This document shows, in pieces, positions 26,701 through 38,700 of a stretch of 64,000 nt of DNA (the stretch's first letter is position 1; each line of letters opens with the position of its first letter). The translations under genes and the position numbers were made by a program. The notes below the pieces were generated by a model that saw only the letters and a program-made list of their open reading frames with translations, did not search any database and was not told the DNA's origin. Source of the stretch: Hemiscyllium ocellatum (Eukaryota). The stretch covers positions 51,308,135 through 51,372,134 of the forward strand of contig NC_083419.1 of NCBI RefSeq assembly GCF_020745735.1. Reading direction: 5' to 3'.

Positions 26701-29700
26701 TGATGGCCAGAAACCATTGGAGGCAACTTAGTGAAAGTGGTGGGAAGGAGGCTGGAAGAACACAGCAAGCCAGGCAGCATCAGGAGATGGAAAAGTTGAT
26801 GTTTCAGTCCTGAAGAAGGGTTACACCCAAAATGTCGACTTCTCGACCTCCAGATCCTGCCTGTTTACTTTGGAGTCCAGCATCTGCAGTTTTTTTTTGT
26901 GAAAGTGGTGGTCATTCTTGGTGTGATGCTGGTAAACAGTCCAAGGCTCACACTGAAAAGCAGAGTGGAAGGATAATTGCTTTATAGACTTTCCATTTTG
27001 TAGATAAACTTGCATCACATTTGGCAATTTTGGAATTTACCTTCTACAATCAATTAATAACAGCTTGAGAAAATGAACTGTCTCTGGTCAGAAAGTGAAA
27101 ACCTGGATTCAAGATAGTACTTTCCTGGAGCAGGTTAGTACATTACTTCAGTTCTCTTCATACTGCTTCTAAGGCTCAAGTTGTCAAATGCACCAGACAA
27201 CAGGTTTATGTTACATTGCATGTTGTGCTGTGACACCCCTCAGGACATTCAAACCTTAGAGGTGACTGGGGAACAGACCTTTAATTTTTAGTTTTTTAAT
27301 GTTAAGGTGACCAATGTTACAGAACGGTGCTGCACCCAAAACATTTTCACTATCAAAGATGCAAAGGACTGTACTGGGGATTCAGAGCTCATGCTCAACA
27401 CACATCTGCAACAAGAGGTGACCAATAGTCTTACAACTGCCAGCTCCCCTTGTTTCCAATGGCCCCTGTACTGACCAGATGCCCATTGACAGTGACTACA
27501 CCAACTTAGTCATTCTTCTTTTCCACAGTCACTCCAAAGGAATGTGTCACCCGCAGTGATTTCTTTCTGCTCACCCTCCTGCGATGGATGAATCTCACTG
27601 AGGGTGATGATCTGGACTCTGTACTGAGCCAGCTTTCAACTGCCAAGAACAGTTCTCCCCTCAAACCTGTTAGCTGTGATGTTGCTCATGAGGATGCACA
27701 CATTCCATGTGTCAGTGGTGACCATGGTGTCATTGTTACTCTCTTTTTCAAGATTGGCTTATGACTGTCTTGACTCCAGCTACAGTCTGCTAGTCAGAGA
27801 GGTGAATCAAATAACACCCGGAGCACCTTTTCTTTCTTTTTCTTATATTAGAAATGCGATCAGTGACCTTCAACTATCTCTTTTTGTGCGGCTTGCATAT
27901 TGTTGAGTTCTGGGTGTTGCACAACATGGTACTAAACAATCTTCAAGACTGTTGGACATTAGCTTAGACAACCCAGTCTGCTAGAAAGACAAATCGCTAA
28001 TCCACTGAGCTTAGGTGACCAAATGGCTATCCCAACCTGGTCTGGACCACTTCTCAAAACAATTTATCAGGATGTGACTGCTGCTTCATGCAAACAACTG
28101 CTTGGATCCACCTGCAACAGTTCAGTGAAGGCGAGGACATTGCAGGATAAGCTACTCCAAAGAGTAAGTTGAGCCCACCTGTGAGAAATATTACCCCTCT
28201 CTTATACCATGAGGTGCAATTGTCAAGAATGATGATTAAATAATCTGTCAGTGTTCATTACCTGAAATTATTTATATATAAGGAGAACGTGGGTGAGTTC
28301 CTGGAAGGGTGCTAGTATCTCTCGAACTCTACCTCAACAACAATGTGCATTTACATAGTGCCGCTAAGCTTATTAAAAAACAATGAAAAGAAAGGGCAGT
28401 TGGGAAAAAAAACGGAGAACAACAGAGCAAGAAATGCAAGAAATGTAATTCAACTGGCAATATAATAGCTGCTGTACAGTATAATACTTGCTGTACAATA
28501 TAATACCTGCTGTACAATATAACATTTGCTGTACAATATAATAACTGCTGTACAGTATAATACTTGCTGTACAATATAATACCTGCTGTACAATATAACA
28601 CTTGCTGTACAATATAATAGCTGCTGTACAGTATAATACTTGCTGTACAATATAATACCTGCTGTACAGTATAACACTTGCTGTACAATATAATAGCTGC
28701 TGTACAGTATAATACTTGCTGTACAATATAATACCTGCTGTACAATATAACACTTGCTGTACAATATAATACCTGCTGTACGGTATAACACTTGCTGTAC
28801 AGTATAATGCCTGCTGTACAATATAACACTTGCTGTACAATATAATACCTGCTGTACTACTTTCACTTTGTCGGACCCAAGTTTAAAGAGGTCATTAATG
28901 CCATCGACTTCTAAAAACACAAAAGAAAATCAGAATAATCTTAATGTGCAGCATGTAATTCTTATCATGAGAAAAACATTCTTGAAATTTTAATTTGAAA
29001 ACACTTAGATTCAATTTTCCATATAGCTCAGTCAGACATGTTATAGACCAAATAGTAAGCCATCAATCTTATTGCTTTAAACTAAGATCTTTCAACCTTG
29101 AAAAAGTCATTCAAGTCTATTTGAAATGCAGATACCAAAAATTGACATGGGGTGGGGCGGGGCAGCTAGTGGTAGGGAGGATAATAAGGAAAACACAGGA
29201 GACAGGCACACAGCTAGCTAAAACTTAAATAATTCCAAAACTATCTGATATTTCATATAAATGTGTTATAGAGTGTACTAACTAAGGGAAGACAGATTTG
29301 ATGCTAATGATGACTACACACATGTTCACATTGCAAGTACAAAGAAGATGATCACGAGGAGAAATCAGCACTTTCTTAAAAAGAAGTGAAGAACAGGATT
29401 TAGTCAGAGCAAGGCAAACTAATTTTTGCTGATTCTAAATACTGTTAAACTACTTAAGTAGTAAAATACATTTCCGGCCGAATCACTGCAAAATGTTAAC
29501 TGGTAAAACATACATTTGAAGTAGAAAGTCACGAGACTATTATGAAAAGTTACAATTTTTTAAGTCTAACAATATTAAATAGTTTATATGAAAATTGAAT
29601 GTTCAAGAGTGAACATTCAATGTAGTGAATCTTCTTTGTTCTAAGTATAACAAAAAGGACTTGCATAGATTTACCTCTTTTCCGGCAGTGTACATTGTAA

Positions 29701-32700
29701 TACTGATATCACTCTATGGGAACATTTCATACATACATCACCACCATCACCATGTTTGTTCAATCTGGGATCCACTGAAAGCCAGGAAAATTGTGTTGTT
29801 GTTGCAGGTCAAAGTTTAGTCCTGTTTGGATTTTTTTAGGAACACACCCAGCAATCTGTCAATACCAGGGAATTTGATGGTGGAAATGGTTAACACTGAT
29901 TTAAAGATTCCTGGAGAAGGGCTTATGCCCGAAACGTCGATTCTCCTGCTCCTTTGATGCTGCCTGACCTGTTGCGCTTTTCCAGCAACACATGTTTCAG
30001 CTCTGATCTCCAGCATCTGCAGTCCTGCAGTCCTCACTTTCTCCTAACTGATTTAAAGATCTCTGGTCTACTGCAAAATAACAGCCAGGTTGAAAACAGG
30101 GATGTTGGAGACAGAATCTGATACATAACTATCAATTCTTTCTGATTTAAAGATCCAGTTCACAGATTTCATTCAAAAGTAAGGATCATTGATGAAGAGA
30201 ACCAAAGGAAACAGATCTACAATGACACAAATACCAAAGCAGGGAAACCTATTATAGACTTTATGGAATCAAATCATGAGCCAACATATGTTGTTGAGTT
30301 CTGTGAAATGTATTCTATAGTTTGAAGGCTTCATTAGATTTCAGCCATATATGTGGATAGTTATCTCAGGAAATATCTTACCTGGATTTTGGTCTTGTTC
30401 TGTATCATCACTATTCCAAAGAAAAATGAAATAACTATTTAAAAATGTGCAAAACCAATTCACTTTATTCCTTCTTCATGTGTAAACTGAAACTTATTTA
30501 CATCCTGAATGCAAATCAGTTGACATGGAGGCTTCTTGCTTGGAATTATGATGAGGATATGTGGTATAACAATGTGACTGTCTCAAAACCAAGGAGAGTC
30601 AACAAAAATACAGATGAGTCCAGAAGCTTTTAACAAAATGGAGCGTTTGAAAATGACATATTTGAAAACACCATTTTGTTGTTAAACAGGTTGCAGTCCT
30701 TTTAAATGCTGTTGCTGAGAAGGATATCAGCTAAATGCTGGCTAGCTTAACATCTGATTGGTATGGACTGGTTGGACTGAAGGATCTGTTTCCAGGGTAT
30801 ATGTAGAATAGGATTATAGAATTTCTATAGTGTGGAAGCAGGCCATTTGGTCCATTAAGTCCACAATGACCATCTGAAGAGCATCCTATCCGGAGCCAGC
30901 CCCCTACCTTATCCCTGTAACTATACATTTCCCATGGCTAACCCACATAGCCTGCACATCCCTGACACTACGGGCAATTTAGCATGGTCAATTCACCAAA
31001 CCTGCACATCTTTGGACTGTGGGAGGAAACTGGAGCACCCTGAGGAAACCCACGCAGACATGGGGAGAGTTTGCAGACTCCACGCAGTCATCTGAGGGTG
31101 GAATCGAACCCGTTCCGTGGCGCTAGGAGGCAGCAGTGCTGGCCACTGAGCCACCATGCCACCCCGTCTCTGTGACTTCAGTTCAGGCGAAACAAGTTTC
31201 AAATCAGAGCAAAGCCCTAGCCACTTAGGCTCAGTCCCAAGTTCATAAACAAACACAAGAATTGGGAGCAGGAGTCAGTAAATCAGCTTCCTTCAGTCTG
31301 TTCTGCCACTCAATAAAATCATGGCTGATCTGTCAGTTTTTCACATTCCCATTTACCTCAATGACCTTTAATTGTTCATTCAGGCTCAGCCCCAAGTTCA
31401 GAACTCAATCATCTATTGGAACACTTCTACATTTTCCACACAAGAGCAACATTGTCCAAACCAAATCAAATTAAGCACAGTTCGTTGTTTTAGTTGTGGA
31501 ACAATGTGCACAAGCAGATGAGCTGAGACTGCCCAAATTGCTCTGTTAATCTTGAACATCACTAACACCAATGAATTGACAAACCCTTCAGTCCACCATT
31601 TAATCCAGATTCACAACCAGGTCCCTGGTGAAAAAGTAGATGATGATCCACTAAGCCATCTAGCTCATCGTAAAATACAAATCAATTCACAAACTCTAAT
31701 GAAAGCTCAGATAAGTCACATCCACACGTGATGTTTACAAGCTATGATTTATTTGGAAGAAACAATTTAACTCAATCTAACAGGCATAGGAAAATAAGGC
31801 TAAAAACTAATACAAAAATAATAAAAAGGAGGGATTGCATATATTCGGCAAATCCGACAGCATTTGTAGAGAGAGAAAGTGTGTTAAAGTTCTGGGGTAC
31901 CATTTGTTATTCATATCTGAGTCCCACCACATCTCATAACCATATGCAAGTTAACATTTGAAACTTTCAAGGTATACTCAAGAGTTTGAATGACACCTAG
32001 TGATATAAAATTGAACAGATCCTACCTTTTGCCTGTGAAATATTCCAACTGATTTACCGTCTTTATTCCTGTTTTATCAATCTAGCAAAAGACAATAATT
32101 AAGTTTTCATTTGGGATATGTAAATGTAAGAGGTTTCCCTCCATAGGAAAAGTAACATAATTCTGACTGAATAAATACTGCCAAGGAATTCTTTGAAATA
32201 TTAATTTTTCAACAATCTATGTAGGGCTCCAGTGATTGGAACAGACAAGCTGAACTATAGAGCTGCAAGCTCTTTTCCAGCCCATGTATTCCACAGCATT
32301 TGAATCAATATTTAACAGTCTTGTGTAAATTAATTTTTAGAGGAACTGCTTCTCCTGAATCTTCCGCAAACAATAGCATACAGCTCATTCACGAGTGGAA
32401 CACAGATAAAATCCAGGCCATCGTGAAAGTCTCCTCTCACATTCTTGGATGATTTGCTCAGTCATGTAGTAAGGTTGGAAAATGGAAATGTCAGGCTGAT
32501 GAAGTAAGGGTGAAGAGCATTAATGGATTGGGGAAGGGGAAGCCTCATATTGCACATCATTTCAAAACCCAATCCTGAGCTGACACCAGCTTAAAAAGTG
32601 ATAAATATTCCCTGAAAGCAACATGCCTCTTTTTGATGAATACAAATTAAAACACTCCATTAAATTAAATATTTATCTTAGAATGTTGAAAAGAACTTGC

Positions 32701-35700
32701 TTCAAACTCAACTTTACAATATAAAGTCTCTTTTACACGGGGGTCACGATAATTCAAGGTAAGTATGACCTTCGGAGAGCCATTAAGACAGTCAAGAACC
32801 AATACCAATCCAAACCAGAGACTCAGACAGACACCCGGCAACTATGGCACCAACTGAATGACATCACAAGTTCTAAAAAGAGACAGAGCAAGATAGCAAA
32901 TGATGACATATCCCTCCCAGATCGTCTCAATGCCTTCTATGCTTTGAGCAGTATTTTGGCAGAGAGGTAACAGATCAGTTTTCTTCGTGTGAATTCAAGG
33001 AAAGTGATGGGACCAGACGGAGTACCAGGCCGTGCACTCAGAGCTTGCACAGATCAACTGGCAGAGGTCTTTTCGGACATCTTCAACCTCTCCCTGCAGC
33101 AGGCCACTGTCCCTGCCTGTTTCAAGAGGGCCAACATCATCCCTGTGCCTAAGAAGGCTCATGCAGCCTGTCTCAATGACTACTGCCCAGCGGCCCTAAC
33201 TTCGGTGGTCATGAAGTGCTTTGAAAGGCCTGTCATGGCATTAATCAACTGCAGCCCCCCCACTACTGTTGACCCTCTCCAATTTGCCTATCGGACAAAC
33301 AGATCCATGTCACATGCCATATCCCTTGCCCTTCACTCTTTCCTAAAACATCTTGACACTAAGAATAGCTACGTGAAAACAACCTAGCTCTCAATGCTGG
33401 CAAAACCAAGGAACTCACTATTGTCTTTCAGCGGGATGTTACTCATGCCCCCCTACACCTTAACAGCACAGAGGTGGAACGAGTAGAGAGTGTCAAGCTC
33501 CTATGAGTGGTCATCCACAACAAGCTTTCTTGGACTCTTGATGTGGACACACTGATTACAAAGGCCCAACAACGTCTCTTCTTCCTCAGGCAGCTGAGAA
33601 AATTTGGCATGATGGCGAATACCCTTGCCAACCTTTATTGGTGCACCATTGAGAGCATTCTGCCTGGATGTATCAGTACCTGGTATGGCAACTGTACAAT
33701 TCAAGATCGAAGATGATTACAGAGAGTGGTGAACTTGGCCCAGACAATCACAAAGGCCAATTTCCATCTCTTGAATCCATCTACCAGGCCCACTGTCAAG
33801 GAAAGGCCACCAGCTTTCTCAAAGATCCATCCCACCCTGGCAATGTTTTTCTACAACCTCTATCATCAGGCAGAATGTACAGAAGCCTGAACACATGCAC
33901 CAACAGTTTTCAAAACAGTTTAGAATAATAAATGAACTCACAAATGTTTAACATTCATGTGTACCTGTGTTTTTGTTTTTGCCACTGTTTACCTATTATT
34001 TACTTATCTATGCTACTTAACTTTGTGATCTTCCTGCATTGCTTGCAAGACAAAGCGTTTCACTTGCCTCGATACATGTGACAATAAATTCAGTTCAATT
34101 CAATATGCAGAAATTTTTGGTTTGCAGGATAGGAGTTTTGACTAGGTCCATTATTTCTTCATCTCCAAATGAACTCTCAGCCTCATGTTTAAAAGTCCAA
34201 TTTAATTTCTACCACGCAAAGCCAGAACTGTAATGACTAAATACTGTTCAAACAAGAGATACTTAAAATATCACAAATTAAATGCTTTATTTCAAGTATT
34301 TTTTTCTCCCTAAGCAATGCCCACAGTTAGATTCAAACCATTGAAGTCTCCAGTATATGTAACTGCTCTTTTCTTTTAAGAATAAACATTACTTTTTTTT
34401 TACTTATTTTGATGACTGTTTGAACAGGACAAGTGTTCTTTTGCCAGTGTTGTTTTTTGCAGAAGTCAAAAGCTGTGATCACACTATACAGTAATGTTTT
34501 ATTTAGCGCACTGCACTATTCTTGAGAATAAGCAGAAGTTGCTGTTTGGCAAGATAAAGCAAACTAGTTTCCGGAGAGCAACAGTCCCTTAAAAGGATGG
34601 CCTTATAATAAGTCTTTCACAGCAATTCTATTTGACAGACTGGTAAATGTAAATGGACAAAAGGGAAGTGAGTTTCTTTGCCTTGGTTCAGGCTGTGGTG
34701 AGTTAGTCAGTCAGTTTTGTCTGTCAACAATATGCCATAGTAATAATAGCTTTGCTTACTTGTGCTTAATTTACATTTCTTTAGAAGCAGAGAAGGTGGA
34801 CTTCAGCCAGAAGTGCTGCTGGTCATTTCCTGTTCAGCAAATTCTTTTGTATCTGTTTTGCATTGATGTCAATTAAGGCTTTATTATAGACATAGAACAT
34901 TACAGCGCAGTACAGACCCTTCGGCCCTCAATGTTGTGCCGACCTGTGGAACCAAACTGAAGCCCATCTATCCTACACTATTCAATTTTCATCTTTCTGC
35001 TTGTCCAATGATCATTTAAACGCCCTTAAGGTTGGCGAGTCTACGACTGCTGCAGGCATTCTGTTCCATGCCCCTACTACTCTGAGTGAAAAAACTACTT
35101 CTGACATTTGTCCTATATCTATCACTCCTCAATTTAAAGCTATGTCCCCTCGTGCTAGCCATCACCATCTAAGGAAAAAGGCTGTCACTGTCCACCCCAT
35201 CTAACCCTCTGATTACCTTGTCTGTCTCAATTAAGTCACCTCTCAACCTTTTTCTCTCTCACAAAAACAGCCTTTCCTTGTAAGACCTTCCCTCCATACC
35301 AGACAACATCCTAGTAAATCTCTGAACCTTTTCCAAAGTCTCCACATCCTTCCTATAATGCGTTGACCAGAACTGTACACAATACTCCATGTATGGCTGC
35401 ACCAGAATTTTGTACCACTGCAACATGACCTCGTGGCTCTGAAACTCAATCCCTCTACCAGGGATCTATGTACATGGACACCAAGAATCTTACCATTAGC
35501 CCAGTACTCTGCATTCCTTCCGAAGTGAATCACTCCACACTTTTCCACATTAAACTCCATTTGCCACCTCTCAGCCCAGCACTGCAGCTTATCTATGACC
35601 CTCTGAAACCTGCAACATCCTTCAGCACTGTCCACAACTCCACCAACCTTAGTGTCATCCGCAAATTTACTAACCCATTCCACTATACTCTCATCCAGAT

Positions 35701-38700
35701 CATTTATAAAAATGACAAAAGCAGTGGCCCCAAAACAGATCCTTGCTGTACAACACTAGTAACTGAACTCTAGGGTGAACATTTCCCATTAACCATCACC
35801 CTCTGTCTTCTTTCAGCTAGCCAACTTCTGATCCAAACCACTAAATTACCCTCAATCCCATGCCTCGCTATTTTGTGCAAAAGCTGATTGTGGGGAATCT
35901 TATCAGACACCTTACTGAAATCCATATACACCACATACAACCGATTTACCCTCTTCCATGGCTAACTTGTAACTCTCAAGTGCTCTGATTCTTCACGTCT
36001 CATCCTAACATAAGCCATCTACTTCCTCTTGACAAGAGATTCAACTTCTTTAGTAAACCAGGGCTCCCTCGCTTGACCACTTCCTCCCTGCCTGACGGGT
36101 ACATGCAGTAGCTGTCCTTGAATAAGTTCCACGTTTCAATTGTGCCCATCCCCTGTAGTTTCCTTCCCCATCCTATGCATCCTAAATCTTGTCTAATCAG
36201 ATCATGATTGCCTTTCCCCCAGCAATAACTCTCTGTCCTGTGGTATATAACAATCTCTTTCCATTGCTGAAGTAAACATAATCAAATTGTGGTCACTATC
36301 ACCAAAGTGTTCACCTACCACCAAATCTAACACCTGGCCAGGTTCATTACCCAGTAGCAAATCCAATGTGGTTTCGCCTCTTGTTAGCTTGTCAATATAC
36401 TGTGCCAGGAAACCATCCTGCACACATTGGACAAAAACTGACCCAATAAAGGGCTCAAACTATATTATTTCCAGTCAATATTTGGAAAGTTAAAGTTCCC
36501 CTGTTACTCTCGCTCCTATGCAGAATAATCTTCGCCTATCCTTTCCTCTACATCTCTGGAACTCTCAGAGGCCAGAGAAAATTCCCAACAGAGTGACTTC
36601 CCCTTTCCTGTTTCTAACCTCAGCGCATACTACCTCAATAGACGAGTCTTCAAATGTCCTTTCGGCCAACATAATACTGTCCTTGACTAACAATGCCACA
36701 CCTCACCCTCTTTTACTATCTTCTCTGTTCTTACTGAAACATCTAAATCCCGGAATCTGCAACAACTATTCCTGCCCCTGCTCTGTCCATGTCTCCGAAA
36801 TGGCCACAACATCGAAGTCCCAGGTACCAGTTCACCCACCTTATTCTGGATACTCCTGGCATTGAAGTAGACACACTTCAAATCACATTCCTGCTTGCCA
36901 GTGAACCCTTGTGATATTGAAACCATATTTCTGACTTCACTGAAACTACAATTTAGGTTCCCATCCTTCTCTGAATTAGTTTAAACCCTCCCGAATAGCA
37001 TTAGCAAATGTACTCCTAGCATATTGATTATAATATTCTGAAAGATTGAAAAAACTGGTAGCATAAGATTATAAAGAGTAAAGGGCTTCAAATGCCACAG
37101 ATCTATAGCCATTTGTAAAGCAAATATTGAACCAACAGACACAATCATGCTTTACCAAATATTTAACAACTAAGCGGGCCGAGCCTGAAAAACAATGTTG
37201 GACAGCAATGACTTTGTATAATCAATAGGACCTCTGGTTTATGGCAATTTATTAAATTAATTTCTGATTTAATACGTGGAATTTGAACAGTGCTTCCATC
37301 TGTTTACAATTACGATGGTTTATGATGACGTAGTTGAATTTTGATTTTATTTACACAGGTTCAAAGAAAATTCACCTGTGCTATTAGACAATGCTGCTCA
37401 ACTTTCCTGTGACAAATAGAAGTCACCAAAGTAGCTGTACTGTAAAGAACAGATGGAGGTCACACGATGAGCTCTGATAAGGGCCCTGTCACCCAACACT
37501 ACTGCTTTCCTAATAAAACACGTAGCTGTTTATTAACTATGCCTACAGCCATCCTTTCTGGCAACCTGTGCTTGTTGCTAATCATTCACTCAGTCTTTTA
37601 ACAGCTGTCCTAAATTTGTCCTTTACCACAGATTTATCTATTTGTACTTTCTCAGTTTGCTGCCCTGTTGTATTTGAAAATATTGTTCTCTATTTTCTTT
37701 TCCAATCTCTTTAATTACCTGGATGAATGATAAATTATCAAGCTCCTTTCCTTTCAATGACTAATTGCTACGTGGAACCTGATGGTTATTGAACTGCTGG
37801 GAGATTTTAATTTTTAAATGAGATCAAGGAATTCTCCAGCTTTATTTCTTAATATTGGAAGACAAGGAGATAGTTTGCAAACCTCCCATCAGGTGACTGG
37901 TTTGAAGATAGGTAAAATTGCATTTGGTTTTGTAGCAGGCATGTGCTTTAGTTCTCAGTCATTTTGTATTCCACACTTCTCATGGTTTTCAATGAATCAA
38001 TGAAATGTGCATTACATTTTTGATGCCTGGAAAAGACCAGGTAAAAATTAATTCCTCAGCCCCAGACAAAAGGGCTACAGTTCTGGAATCCACAGATAGT
38101 CCTCAAAATGATTATCTTCAAATCAAAGTCAACTTGGGGGAGCAATGGCACACTATACTCTCCTTCATCATCAAGAGAGAAAAGAAACAGAGAACATGAG
38201 GATTAAGACAGACGATGATTCTCCCATACATTTCTCCTCTGGGTAATCTCAGTTGACTAAGTTACTAGAAAAGGACTGTGACTATGTTACAAGCCAACCT
38301 TTTAAAATTAAAGATATCAGGAAGAGGAAGTGATTTGACACCATATACTATACAAATGAACCTAGATACCAGGACTAAGATTGGGTTAGTGTACACCACT
38401 CATTGTGTGTAAACATGTATTGATTTTACTCAAGACCAACCATCAGGCTGAACAGATCCTTTGCTGTACCAACATTGCAAAATAATTATTGTTAAAATAA
38501 ACTTGAAATCATGTCAGCATAAGTAACCATCTCCTTCTTTGGTTTCCATAGTTACCTCAAGTACGAGTGTTTCCACACACACATTTTGCGGAAGGTCAAT
38601 GTCAGGATTGAAGTGTTTCACAATGGCGACCAAGAGATGCAATGTGGAGACCAAATCCTTTTTATGGATTACTGAAAGGGAAAGGAAACAACGGCTGACA

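Noticed and set aside
28329-28920. Three overlapping repetitive ORFs (YCTAxIILYS) and a CRISPR-like look
   Set aside because: A contiguous 19-bp tandem repeat with no unique spacers, in a vertebrate intron with no cas genes. Only 28849-28910 is supported as coding.
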